Source: a virus (lineage: Duplodnaviria > Heunggongvirae > Uroviricota > Caudoviricetes). Taken from it: a stretch of 64,000 bases of DNA. The notes below the pieces were generated by a model that saw only the letters and a list, made by a program, of their open reading frames with translations, searched no databases and had not been told where the DNA came from. The stretch lies in the IMG/VR virus record IMGVR_UViG_3300025133_000019. One strand, 5' to 3'. Shown in pieces: positions 9,419 through 19,780 of this stretch (within the stretch, counting starts at the first letter, position 1; each line of letters begins with the position of its first letter). The position numbers were made by a program, and so were the translations under genes.

Positions 9419-9961
9419 TTATATTGAGTCAACGTGGTCTAAAACCATTGTTAACCTTCTCATAGAATCCAGGTTTGCAGGGATTTCTATAAAATTGGGG
9501 TGAGTTTTACATATATCTCTAAGTTTTGTGTGAATTTCTAGGGCCATTTCAGCGGGTTCCCATCTTGTATCATTGATTTCGTATCTATCAACTGCTGCCA
9601 AGGTTTCAAAGAGAACAATTGAAGTATATCTCTCTAATTCTTGCTCAACAGTTGTGTTAACTAGGTCAAAGAATGAGGAATGATAAACAGCTCCGTCAAA
9701 GGTTCCTCGGTCAAAGAAAACCATCTCCTCCGGCCTTCTTTGTGCTTCCATTACTGAATAGAGTCTGGAATTGTAAACAAGTATATCGAACTGCTCTTGT
9801 TCTGGCCCACCTTGAGGTATAGTGTGCAATCCTTGCTTAAAGAATGTGGGTGCTTCTGGTGTAATATGGAAATCTTTATAGCCTTTAATAAGCTCCATAG
9901 CTTCTAGGCTTTTGGTTTTTCCAGAGCAGGGCGCTCCGGTAAAGCAAACGAGTTTTTTCAT
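9419..9961 (-). CDS. AAA_28/NadR-like P-loop kinase
   Basis: FTGAPCSGKT Walker A, TPEA, VFFDRGTFDG. Confidence 0.75.
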   Translation of the reverse strand: MKKLVCFTGAPCSGKTKSLEAMELIKGYKDFHITPEAPTFFKQGLHTIPQGGPEQEQFDILVYNSRLYSVMEAQRRPEEMVFFDRGTFDGAVYHSSFFDLVNTTVEQELERYTSIVLFETLAAVDRYEINDTRWEPAEMALEIHTKLRDICKTHPNFIEIPANLDSMRRLTMVLDHVDSI

Positions 9962-10019
9962 AACTCTCCTAAATAATTATATAGATTATAGTTCCAATTG
10001 GAAGAGCATGACATAAAAA

Positions 10020-11480
10020 TTACACAGCCTCCAAAAGTTTAAGCTCCGCAGAAAAATAAAAATTTTCCTTTAAAACTTCTGCCCAACTATACGGGCGAGG
10101 GTCTCGGCTCGTCAAAGTCGATAATCGCTCTCTATTTTGATTTAAGTACTTCTTAACCAAAATAGAAAGGATGCTAAATCTTGATAAATAATTGGAACTA
10201 ATCTCAGGTAAAGAACTTCTTCCCTTCACAGATCTAGCTCCATTGATATCAGCATGGGATTTTAATCCACACGCCAGACATCGGAATCTATCCTGATTCC
10301 TATTCTTTTTATCTAGGTAACCGCATTTATTACACTCTTGAGAAGTATAAGCTGGATTAACTTTTGTAATTTTTATTCCTAGCAGTTCCTGGACCGAGTT
10401 TAATTTGTCCAATAAAACTTTCTTTCCATAATTATTATAGAGTCTTTTATAACTCCTTCCTGCTTTTATTTGTCTTAAATCTAAGTCTTCTATTACAATT
10501 TCTGAGGGGTTATGAATTTCTATTAATCTGTTTACAATCCTGTTAACCTCATTTTTAATTAGGGATCTCGACTTTCTAATCAAGGTTTCTAGTCTGTCAG
10601 AATTTAAGGACATTCCAATTTTATTTCTCTCTTTTCGAATTCTGTTGATTTCTTCGATTACTTCTTTTAACTTGGAAATAAATTTAGTGCCGAAGGCACC
10701 TCCTTCGGAGTCAAACACGAAATCATCTCGGAACCCTAAGTCAAGTCCAATCACTTTCCCTGAAGAATTGTAAGGCTCTTTTGCCAAATCCTTTACCAAC
10801 TTGAACTCAAGATTTCCATTTCTTTTCAAGTGGATTTGTGTAATAGCTTTCAAACTGCCTTGTCTAGAATTGAAATAAGGATTTACATTTAAAGGAATTC
10901 GAACGGGTTTATTTTTTGTTGAGGTAGAAACTCTTAGCCAGTAGTCGAATGTAGTAGCGCCCAATTCCTGTTTGCTATGAATTTCACAAACTTTATGATC
11001 CAAAACCATATTTATTCTCTTGAAACTAGGCTTACTGACTCGTTTCAGGGCTTGATGAAAGATCTTTCTGCTTGTTTTCAAATTTTCTGTAGAGTAGAAA
11101 ACCCCTTTTTCCGAAGTGAACGCAGGAGAGGACCAAAATTTATATTTATTAATCGTATAAAGTATTCTCTTTTGTTCTTTAGGTAAATTAGATTTTGAAA
11201 TGGTTTTTCTTATAGAGTTCTGTAAATTTGAAATAAAACTTTGAAGTTGGCTTACAACTTGCGCTCTTATTGTTTGCGTGTAACGAGAGGAGAGATCTGT
11301 TTTAATTCTATGCCCAGAAAAGTTTTTAAACTTGTTAAATTTAGAATATCTGAAAAAATAGTTCCATTGATCACGGGATACATCCTCTGCGGTGGCCCGA
11401 TAACTAGGGAACACCCTTTTAATTTTTTCTAGTTTAACTTGATTAGAAAAATTTTTTAATCCGTAAGCTCTAAGTGCCAT
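10020..11480 (-). mobile_element. tnpB: TnpB-family RNA-guided endonuclease (IS200/IS605-like orfB), no tnpA in window
   Basis: RuvC-I IGLDLG, RuvC-II IVIEDL, Zn ribbon YTSQECNKCG..FRCLACG, RuvC-III HADINGA. Confidence 0.88.
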
Positions 11481-11554
11481 TATTAATACCTAATATTATA
11501 TCATAACATTCTAAAATACTCCATTAAACTTAGTGATTGTTATCGCAGTTCACA

Positions 11555-11588
11555 GCAGCAACTATAAAAGCCGGAATAATACCTGTAA
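11555..11588 (-). repeat. 34-nt near-identical copy of 2376..2409
   Basis: 32/34 identical to part of ORF 2327..2533; flanked by inverted CGCAGT/ACTGCG. Confidence 0.85.
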
Positions 11589-11626
11589 TACTGCGTTTGT
11601 TTTAATTATACAAGGAGAACTACGAA

Positions 11627-13858
11627 TTATTCTAAAATATCTTTGGTGTAGTCGGCTATGGAGGCTGCGCTTAGATACATGTTAAGTTCGTAAGGAGAGG
11701 CATCAGAGTCGTCTCTACCATAAACTTGAAGATGTACGGCTTTTTTGGCTGGCTTTTTATTTTTCCATAATAGCAGGGTATGTCGATTAGTGCTTCCTGG
11801 CCTAGGCTTTCCAGGGCCAGACCCGATCACTTGAAATTGTTCTTCAGGGTCAAGTTCATAACCTTTTTTAGTAATGTACTTTTCCATTTCTTGTATAGCC
11901 TCGGTATAAGACCTGTGATATATTTTGTAATCACTGGCTTTAACTACAAGCTTTTCTATTTCCTGGGTTATTTTGTCTGTCATTCCTGCTCCGATTGAGT
12001 AATTCGCCAAAACCCAAACTGACTTACCATTTATTTTATCATGAAAATCGGTAAGAGTTTCCTTTTTGAACCTTAATCTTCTAGGCAAATCGTGATATGT
12101 GGATTTTGGGGGTTTGGCTCGGTTGTATAACTGGGTTGCTGTTTGGTGATTAGGCATATAAATTTTTTCAAACCCTTGGGACCTGATAAATTTTATAAAC
12201 TTGGTCATTAACACGTACATAAATTTGGCAGAAGGTATTAAATCCTGGGCTTTCTCTCTTCCGAATATGACATGTAGGTCGGTTTGAATTTCATCAATCC
12301 AAATCGAAGATTCTTCGTCTTCCTCGGTAATATCTTTTCCTAGTGTATAACGTATCCATCCTAAAGTAAGATGATTAGCGATCCCTGGATGGGTAGTTTT
12401 TTCTATGTATTCTTCCGGAATAGAGACATGAAGAATGTCTTCCACATCCTCTACATCTCGGGCTTCCGCATATGCTTCTAGTTCATCCGTACTCATTATG
12501 TCATTAGGAGTGGTGTCCCAATATGAATCAGGAACAAGATCTTCTTGTAATGACCATAAGAAAATATGATTAGTCTCGGGGAAAATCCGCTGATCCCCAG
12601 TCCAGGTTTGGTGTTTCGTTTTGCCTTTATTAAGAATTGAATTCCTAAAATCCAGGGTGTCTTGATGAAAAGATTCTGGAAGCTCTATCTTTTCTGAAGT
12701 CCCGTAATCAAGGATGTCCTGATAACTTAATTTATTTTTAGTGTTATGCCTAAGATACAAATCTTTTAGCTCCTCAACATTAAAAAATCCTTGTTTCTTC
12801 AAGTCTTCTATACTTATAGATTCTATGCCTTTCTTATCCATATATCTTAGAAGTAAAACTTTGTCGTGACTAATATCTTCTGGATAATCTTTTTCAGGTT
12901 CAGTATGAATAGAATGAGCAGGATCTGAAAAAATCCCGTGTTCAACAAGAGCCTCTCTCACTTCTTGGGAAAAATTTTTATAGTCCTCATAAGACTCAGT
13001 ATTTTTAATTGCGAGGTCCATAACCTCTGGATCTTCTAATAAGCTTAGTTGAACTTCCGTGGTAAAAGGTATTATTTGTCCAGTTTCTAGAACTATTTCT
13101 TTTATGATATTTTGGACAGCAGGTTTTTTTACTATCTTGTCGTGTACTTTTCTACTTAAATGTTTCAAAGCTCCATATTCAATATCGGTTTTTAGTACAG
13201 GCAGTATTTTTGGATCATCGAATATATAGTCAACTAAAACATAAGGTATATCCTCATCAAAGCGTGATTTTTTTGTTAGTAAATCCTCTTTTATTTCCTG
13301 ACGTGCCTCTTGAGTTAATAATTTGTCTTGTGTTTCTGTGTTGGCGAGATTAAATTCTGGTCCTACCCAATCTGCTGCGTACTCTTGGAATTCTTGGAGA
13401 TAAACTGGGACATTTAGTAGAGCTTCCTGAACTATTGTGCCAAAAGAGAGAATATCCTTTTTGTCCATCACCCTAAATATTTTGTGGAGTGCTCCTGGTA
13501 TAGAAACAAACTTTCTTGTAAAATCCGCATTCTCAGGAAAAGAATCCGATTGAAAAGGAGGAACTCTGTGCCTTAATTTAAACCTATCTGTTAATAATTC
13601 TATGAGTTCTGGGCTATCCAAGCTTTCTAAAGGGAATAAGTAAGTGTCTTTTGGAAAATTGTGTATATGATCATTGATAGCCCAAACTATATCGCTGTCT
13701 TTAAAAAGCTCAAGTTGATATTCCCTAGGAATCTTTGTTAACAAGTAAGCCAAGCGATAGCCACTTCTAGACAATTTCCGTTTGTAGTCTTGCAGGATGT
13801 TTAAATTTAGTGTAGAATACAAGCGGTGAGTATAGAAAAAATGTCTGGAATACCCCAT
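11627..13858 (-). CDS. large protein with conserved WIDEIQ domain (family member 1) and C-terminal extension
   Basis: HLTLGWIRYT, IWIDEIQTDL, KFIKFIRSQGF, VWVLA shared with three paralogs. Confidence 0.8.
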   Translation of the reverse strand: MGYSRHFFYTHRLYSTLNLNILQDYKRKLSRSGYRLAYLLTKIPREYQLELFKDSDIVWAINDHIHNFPKDTYLFPLESLDSPELIELLTDRFKLRHRVPPFQSDSFPENADFTRKFVSIPGALHKIFRVMDKKDILSFGTIVQEALLNVPVYLQEFQEYAADWVGPEFNLANTETQDKLLTQEARQEIKEDLLTKKSRFDEDIPYVLVDYIFDDPKILPVLKTDIEYGALKHLSRKVHDKIVKKPAVQNIIKEIVLETGQIIPFTTEVQLSLLEDPEVMDLAIKNTESYEDYKNFSQEVREALVEHGIFSDPAHSIHTEPEKDYPEDISHDKVLLLRYMDKKGIESISIEDLKKQGFFNVEELKDLYLRHNTKNKLSYQDILDYGTSEKIELPESFHQDTLDFRNSILNKGKTKHQTWTGDQRIFPETNHIFLWSLQEDLVPDSYWDTTPNDIMSTDELEAYAEARDVEDVEDILHVSIPEEYIEKTTHPGIANHLTLGWIRYTLGKDITEEDEESSIWIDEIQTDLHVIFGREKAQDLIPSAKFMYVLMTKFIKFIRSQGFEKIYMPNHQTATQLYNRAKPPKSTYHDLPRRLRFKKETLTDFHDKINGKSVWVLANYSIGAGMTDKITQEIEKLVVKASDYKIYHRSYTEAIQEMEKYITKKGYELDPEEQFQVIGSGPGKPRPGSTNRHTLLLWKNKKPAKKAVHLQVYGRDDSDASPYELNMYLSAASIADYTKDILE

Positions 13859-13892
13859 ATAATTAAAAACTTATTAAATAAAAAGAAGTAGC

Positions 13893-14291
13893 ATGAACGA
13901 AAAAGAACTTATAAACATTTTGACTTTTGTCCAAAGAGTCCCGTTAACCCTAACTTCTAAAGTAGTCGAGGATATCCCCGGTTTAAAAAGGTTTTACAGA
14001 GACGCTAATGATAGTTTTGAACGGGGACTAGGAAAGTTTCACTTTAAATACGATCATATCGACGAGAAATTCTTAGTTATAGGTAGTTCTCATATGGTAG
14101 TACTTGGAGGACCTCATTCAGGTTACAAGGAGTTTAGTGCAAACCTAAGTTTTAGAGCTATACCAGACTATCTTATTAGTATGGCTAAAAACCGTTTTGA
14201 AAAGGCTCTGTTGGATTTATATTTAGACAGTCAACAAGAATCCCTAGATTTAATGGCAGAAGCTATTAAAACCAGATGCCTAGAGTCATAG
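13893..14291 (+). CDS. hypothetical protein
   Basis: 132-aa ORF. Confidence 0.55.
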   Translation: MNEKELINILTFVQRVPLTLTSKVVEDIPGLKRFYRDANDSFERGLGKFHFKYDHIDEKFLVIGSSHMVVLGGPHSGYKEFSANLSFRAIPDYLISMAKNRFEKALLDLYLDSQQESLDLMAEAIKTRCLES

Positions 14292-16313
14292 TTTATTAAC
14301 AAGAATCCCAGGTTTCCCAGAAGACAGAACTAAGTATTTTCCGTTCAAAACCTTATCTTTGTATTGTTTTTTAATATCTTCCAAGTCGATAAAATCTAGG
14401 CTATTTATATCAGTCTTAGTGAAATGGGATTTCCTGGCTGCTTCGAATGGATCAGTAGGAGCTTTTGAATTAGGATAAAGAGTGTTCCTTAGTTGTTTAT
14501 CAGGCATCACAATAGTTTGGTATCCTCTGGATCTAGCAAATTTTATAAATTTCTTAAGTAAAAAAGACAAAAAAGTTACTGGGTTACCTATTATGTTCTT
14601 AAAGTTCTTGGGATATATTCCGGGTAAATCGCTTTGGAGTTCGTCAATCCATATATGAGTCTTGTCGATAACAGTATATCTAACCCATCCCAAGGTTACG
14701 TCTGTTTTAAATCTTGGGTGCTGGGTTCTAGCTAAGCTTTGCTTTTTATAGTCTCTGGTTTTATCGTATCGAGCAGGGAAGTTTTCCCTTTCTATACTAG
14801 CCACAAACACATAATTTTTCTTGTTACTAAAAAGTCTTTGCGCCCCAGACCAGGATTGATAAGTGTATTTAGCGTATTGCCATAAATCTTTGTCATCAGG
14901 ATTATCAGCTTTTAAATCACCAAGCTCCTTTAAAAATAGCTTTGACTTATTAAACCTGTTTTTAAGGTTGTCCCACACAGGAATATTCCTTGTTTTTTGA
15001 AGTCGTATGACCTGTTCCTGGGTAATAAAATCCAGGTGGCTTTGCTCCATATACCTTTTAATCCAATCTATATAGTAGTCTTTATATCCAGTTTGTTCTA
15101 ACACAGGAATATTAGGATGGAGCAAAGTTTTTTGCAGCTTCTCCCTCAATTCTTTGTTTAGAATTAGATCTAAAAGACCAGAGTCTAAGTTTACAGCGTG
15201 TTTAGCAACCTCTTCGTTATCTCTGATATTGTCTGGAAACCGTGAGAACAGCTTTGCATCATAATCTAAAGATAGTTTATACAGATTTAAAGATTCGCTA
15301 TTAAGATCAGGGCTAAAATTTGTGTCCACAATAATTCCTGGATCAAGTGGAATGATTGCTCTAACGATATCAACATCATCTCGAAGAATCTTTGGTAAGT
15401 CATAGTAATCTACTGCTCCACTAGGAAAAACTCCGCCAGTTTTAACGGCATTTAATACAATATCTTTTAATTCCTTTTTTATACCGGGCAAGATGTCTGG
15501 TAAGTTAGGTAAAACATTTATATTGTGGATATTTTCTCGTGACGCATGTAAAATAGCCTCTCCAATTTCTTCACTAAAATTGGGAAACATATACTCAGGA
15601 ATCGAATCTTCTAAGTATTCTAGCCCCAGTTCTAATGATGTTTTCAACTTATTTTTAATAACACCTAGTATTTCAGGATTATTAGTCATAACTTCAGGGA
15701 TTTTATAAAGGGACTCTATGCTGTCGTCCTCTTTAATTTTCTTTAAAATATGGTTTGTTAGCTCGTACTGCTCTTCTGGGTATTTTTCCAGGAAGTCTCT
15801 GGACAAATGGTAGGAGTAGTTAATTCCAGAGTATAGAATGTCTTTTACTAACTCCTTATTTTGTAAATAAGATTCCTGTTGTTTTTCATCTAACCTCAAA
15901 TATGTAAAGGGGCTAGATCTCATGTATTCTAAAATAAAATCCGGGTCGTACCTAAATTTTTTGGAAACTCGTTCGAAAGATCTGGGATTTTGTTTTACTA
16001 TTCCTAGTTGTATTTCCCGGTTATCTGGGTTGGCTCGAATCACTGTTCCAGTCATTCCAGTATTCTTTGCAGTTTTTAAGGCTATTTCTACGTCTTGTTG
16101 CAAGTATGTAGGCAAATCTTCGTACCAGATCCCACTTCCGATAGAAATAACCGACAAAGCCAGCTCTTTAGCAAGATCACTAGGCAATTCGGCCATTTCA
16201 GCAAGAGTCTTATCTCTAAACTCGGGCTCTCTTCTAGGAATTACTGGTATAGCTAAGATATTCTTTGTTTCTATAAATTTCTCGACCCATAAGTCTATCT
16301 GCTCTGATTCCAT
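14286..16313 (-). CDS. large protein with DUF4116-like helical repeats and WIDEIQ domain (member 2)
   Basis: VTLGWVRYT, IWIDELQSDL, KFIKFARSRGY; DNEEVAKHAV-type repeats. Confidence 0.8.
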   Translation of the reverse strand: MESEQIDLWVEKFIETKNILAIPVIPRREPEFRDKTLAEMAELPSDLAKELALSVISIGSGIWYEDLPTYLQQDVEIALKTAKNTGMTGTVIRANPDNREIQLGIVKQNPRSFERVSKKFRYDPDFILEYMRSSPFTYLRLDEKQQESYLQNKELVKDILYSGINYSYHLSRDFLEKYPEEQYELTNHILKKIKEDDSIESLYKIPEVMTNNPEILGVIKNKLKTSLELGLEYLEDSIPEYMFPNFSEEIGEAILHASRENIHNINVLPNLPDILPGIKKELKDIVLNAVKTGGVFPSGAVDYYDLPKILRDDVDIVRAIIPLDPGIIVDTNFSPDLNSESLNLYKLSLDYDAKLFSRFPDNIRDNEEVAKHAVNLDSGLLDLILNKELREKLQKTLLHPNIPVLEQTGYKDYYIDWIKRYMEQSHLDFITQEQVIRLQKTRNIPVWDNLKNRFNKSKLFLKELGDLKADNPDDKDLWQYAKYTYQSWSGAQRLFSNKKNYVFVASIERENFPARYDKTRDYKKQSLARTQHPRFKTDVTLGWVRYTVIDKTHIWIDELQSDLPGIYPKNFKNIIGNPVTFLSFLLKKFIKFARSRGYQTIVMPDKQLRNTLYPNSKAPTDPFEAARKSHFTKTDINSLDFIDLEDIKKQYKDKVLNGKYLVLSSGKPGILVNKL

Positions 16314-16373
16314 ACACTAACACAAGATATAAAAATTATTGCTAATAGATTTATGGTATGATACGATTAAGTT

Positions 16374-17588
16374 ATGAAGATAAAAACACGTTTCGCTCCA
16401 AGTCCTACAGGATTTCTACACCTAGGCTCGATTAGAACAGCCTTGATTAACTATTTGTACGCCAAATCCCAAGGCGGAGACTTCTATTTAAGGATAGAAG
16501 ACACTGATCAAACCCGATTAGTCCAGGGAGCTACAGAAGAAATTCAATCCGTGTTAACCAGCTTTGGGATGAGCACGGATTGTCTACGCATTCAAAGCGA
16601 GAATTTGGAGTCTTACAAGTATTGGGCTAACAAGTTAGTAGAAACAGGTTGGGCATACATAAAAGACGGAGCTGTTTTTGCTGTTTCCGATCAGGTGAAT
16701 AAAAATATTATTCACGATGACATACTAAAAGGCCAAATAACTTTGCCAGCTCAAGAAGACGACTTTGTTATTATAAAGGCTGATGGTTATCCAACATATC
16801 ATTTTGCCAGCGTTGTTGACGATCACTCAATGGGTATAACTCATGTATTCAGAGGAGCAGAGTGGTTAACCTCTTTGCCTAAGCATCTACTCTTGTACGA
16901 TTACTTGAAATTTGATTCTAAGCCTAAATTCGGTCATTTATCACTAATCCTAGATTCTGACGGTAAAAAATTATCAAAACGTCACCCAGGATCAGACTTG
17001 GGAGAGTACTTAGATCAAGGATTCTTGCCCTCTGCCTTAATAAACTACTGTTTACTCTTGGGAAATTCTAATAGAAGTAAAGAGATTTTTGGTTTAAAAG
17101 ATGAACTTAAGGATTTCGATATAACTAAGTTTAGCTCCAATAATCCCATGCTAGACAGGGATAAATTAGTGTATCTCAATTTTCAGCACATAAAGAAATT
17201 AGATAAGGATTCTTTCCTGGACCTGAGTTCAATTTTTTATGGGGGAAGTCTTCCTGATAAACTCAAAGAATTTTTAACGGAAGAGAGACATAGAGTAAAA
17301 GTTCTAAGTGATATAAAGAGGTTTTCTGACTATACTAAATCTTTTGTGCTTGCGCCTAGACCGTGTGACCATGATATTCTAAGTATTGTTCGTGATTACT
17401 ATACCTCCGAGTATCCTGCCAGTATAAAAAAGGCTGTTCAGCATTGTAACAAAACGACACACTACTGTATTACCGTGATTTACAAATCAGTAAGACGAGC
17501 TTTGTGTAATGAGGAAGATGGTCCGGATTTGGACAATATTTGTGATTTGTTGGGTCAACCTGAAGTAGTTAAAAGGCTTACTCTGTAG
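16374..17588 (+). CDS. gltX: glutamyl-tRNA synthetase (compact)
   Basis: TRFAPSPTGFLHLGS, LRIEDTDQTR, YPTYHFASVVDD, RGAEW, KLSKR. Confidence 0.93.
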   Translation: MKIKTRFAPSPTGFLHLGSIRTALINYLYAKSQGGDFYLRIEDTDQTRLVQGATEEIQSVLTSFGMSTDCLRIQSENLESYKYWANKLVETGWAYIKDGAVFAVSDQVNKNIIHDDILKGQITLPAQEDDFVIIKADGYPTYHFASVVDDHSMGITHVFRGAEWLTSLPKHLLLYDYLKFDSKPKFGHLSLILDSDGKKLSKRHPGSDLGEYLDQGFLPSALINYCLLLGNSNRSKEIFGLKDELKDFDITKFSSNNPMLDRDKLVYLNFQHIKKLDKDSFLDLSSIFYGGSLPDKLKEFLTEERHRVKVLSDIKRFSDYTKSFVLAPRPCDHDILSIVRDYYTSEYPASIKKAVQHCNKTTHYCITVIYKSVRRALCNEEDGPDLDNICDLLGQPEVVKRLTL

Positions 17589-18075
17589 GTAAGTATCTTC
17601 TGGGCTGGTTATCCGAACTGTGTCCGGTTTTGACATATTTGAAATACCCTGTTAAATCAATAAGTTTGTCATTCAAAGTGTTCCAAACATGGGGCATGAT
17701 AAAAAAGTCTTGTCGTCTCATTGGATCAAGAGAGGCGTAGAAATTTTTTCTGTCTAAATCTTGTTCTGGATTGAGACCTGCTGTTTTCATTTGCTCAATT
17801 TCAACAGATTCAAAATTGCTTTGAAACAGAAACGGATTGTCTAATATAAAAAAACCGTCTATTTGATCGACGGTTTGTTCTGGATATTCGTTACAAACAA
17901 ATTCGGAGAATTTCTTAGAAACACCAATTACCCCTGCACTGGGGTCTTTAATTTCTTCTTGGTACATCCATACAAAATCTCTTAGAACTTTTTCCTCGTT
18001 TTCGTTGAGGCTGTTCTTTGCGTAAAAAGAAAGATCTGGATTGGCCAGGAAATAAAGTTTTTGTAGAATGCTCAC
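17578..18075 (-). CDS. hypothetical protein, paralog of 3614..4126
   Basis: Same motif series as 3614..4126. Confidence 0.7.
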   Translation of the reverse strand: MSILQKLYFLANPDLSFYAKNSLNENEEKVLRDFVWMYQEEIKDPSAGVIGVSKKFSEFVCNEYPEQTVDQIDGFFILDNPFLFQSNFESVEIEQMKTAGLNPEQDLDRKNFYASLDPMRRQDFFIMPHVWNTLNDKLIDLTGYFKYVKTGHSSDNQPRRYLPTE

Positions 18076-18147
18076 ACAAACTCTCTGAGGTTGATTTATA
18101 CCGTTATTAATGTCAATATATCAATTGACTATTTAGAAGGACTAATT

Positions 18148-18402
18148 ATGGGAAAAAGAATAACACGAAACGCTATACAGTGCAAGCTATGTTCAGATAT
18201 CATTGAGTCAACTCATAGACATGATTTTGTTAGCTGTTCATGCAAAGCAGCTTTCGTTGACGGAGGATTAGATTACCTTAGAAGAGGTGGTAACCCGGAT
18301 GATATAATACCTTTGTATGAATCAGAGGAAACCGATGAAACTGACGACGAGGAAGAAGAATGCTTGAAAGATTTGTACACATTGAAGATGAACCAGGACT
18401 AA
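18148..18402 (+). CDS. small Cys-rich (putative Zn-binding) phage protein
   Basis: NAIQCKLCSDIIESTHRHDFVSCSCKAAFVDGG; start moved to ATG 18148 behind AGAAGGA. Confidence 0.7.
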   Translation: MGKRITRNAIQCKLCSDIIESTHRHDFVSCSCKAAFVDGGLDYLRRGGNPDDIIPLYESEETDETDDEEEECLKDLYTLKMNQD

Positions 18403-19115
18403 AGAATTTTCATGAAGACCATCTAAAAATAGCCGAACATTTCGACTTAGATCATAAGACTTTAGAAGACACTGTTCAATACGGATCAATTATCTTGGTA
18501 AGGTATGTCACTCTAAAAAAGGTTCTTGCCCAAATGCCTGGATACCAACCTGTAGATCCTTACCCTGAATTTTGTAGGGACCAGCTCTTTAATAAACCTG
18601 TGGTCACGAATTTCAAGGAAGCTCGTAAAGTTTACGAGGCTAGCCCTGAAAGTACTAGAGTAGAGTTTATGTGGCCGGGAAACATTTGGAATAACACTTT
18701 TATGGATACCTACAAAGGAGACAGCCCCGAGCTAATTCCCGTGGATACTCCGGTATATCTTTTTACAAACGTAGTAGTTCCTGACGGATACCTCACTTTC
18801 TTTATTATTGGTGAGGACATGCAGTATAACGGTGATGTCTCGGATGAATGCTACGATTTAGTTTACGATATCGAAAGAGCTATGCCTAAAGATATGTATG
18901 TTTACTCTATTAGATTGGCCACAATCCTAAACGAAGAGACTGGTGAAATAGAAGAAGCAGGAGTGTCTAGAATTAATGATATTCTATTAGAAACTTGGGT
19001 TATGAGAGCTGCCCTAGATTCTATGATAGCATCAAATTTTGTAGATGCTGGGTGGGACAGAGTTTGGGACGATGTAGTAGCCAATCAAAGAATTCGTATT
19101 GACTTGAATCTATAA
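18360..19115 (+). CDS. hypothetical protein
   Basis: 251-aa ORF. Confidence 0.6.
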   Translation: MLERFVHIEDEPGLKNFHEDHLKIAEHFDLDHKTLEDTVQYGSIILVRYVTLKKVLAQMPGYQPVDPYPEFCRDQLFNKPVVTNFKEARKVYEASPESTRVEFMWPGNIWNNTFMDTYKGDSPELIPVDTPVYLFTNVVVPDGYLTFFIIGEDMQYNGDVSDECYDLVYDIERAMPKDMYVYSIRLATILNEETGEIEEAGVSRINDILLETWVMRAALDSMIASNFVDAGWDRVWDDVVANQRIRIDLNL

Positions 19116-19721
19116 AGTTTCAAGAAGTCTTTTGAATTTTCCGCTTGTTTGGTAAACTACAGGAGTTTCCGAATTACAGGTTAACCAGTCCTTTAATTCT
19201 TGGATAGACAGTACCTGAGATTCCACAGAATTGTCAAACTCGCACTCTAATTCGTAATCAGTTCGATCAGAATATAAAGTTTGATCCAGTTCCAATAAGA
19301 GACCGAATTCTTCAAACCTTATTCGAATATTTATTAAAGGAACAGAATTGATAAGAACTAGTTTTTCTCCCCTTTTTAGAATATCTCTACTTATTAGTAC
19401 TGTTTCTAAGGTTGAGATATAGGGTAAAGGTCCCGTGTCGTCTATAGAGTCTACACCTAGTATCTTGAATTCTTTTTCATTTGAGGTTTGGACACCGTTT
19501 TCAAACTTTGATCCCGATTTATGAGTTACAAGTGTTTGCTGTTCAGGAGAAAGGCTTCTAGTCACTCTGATCATCTCTTGATTTTCAAGAATCCTGTTAT
19601 TAAAAGTATTGTAATATAGGTGGCATTGAATTATAGTCTCAGGTCTGCTATTATGAGAACTAAGAAGTAAAAATTTGTACTGATCTGGAGTGAGTTTTAA
19701 TTTTAGTTCAATTTCTTTCAT
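19110..19721 (-). CDS. CYTH-domain protein
   Basis: N-terminal KEIELKLKL (ExExK) and LELDQT.Y...DYELECEF. Confidence 0.75.
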   Translation of the reverse strand: MKEIELKLKLTPDQYKFLLLSSHNSRPETIIQCHLYYNTFNNRILENQEMIRVTRSLSPEQQTLVTHKSGSKFENGVQTSNEKEFKILGVDSIDDTGPLPYISTLETVLISRDILKRGEKLVLINSVPLINIRIRFEEFGLLLELDQTLYSDRTDYELECEFDNSVESQVLSIQELKDWLTCNSETPVVYQTSGKFKRLLETL

Positions 19722-19780
19722 ATAAATATAGTAACAGGAAGGCATAAATATGTCAATACAGGAGATTACAAGAGGAAACT

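Noticed and set aside
10020-11480. Cas12f/type V CRISPR effector
   Set aside because: No array or cas1/cas2 in the window; TnpB is the simpler call.
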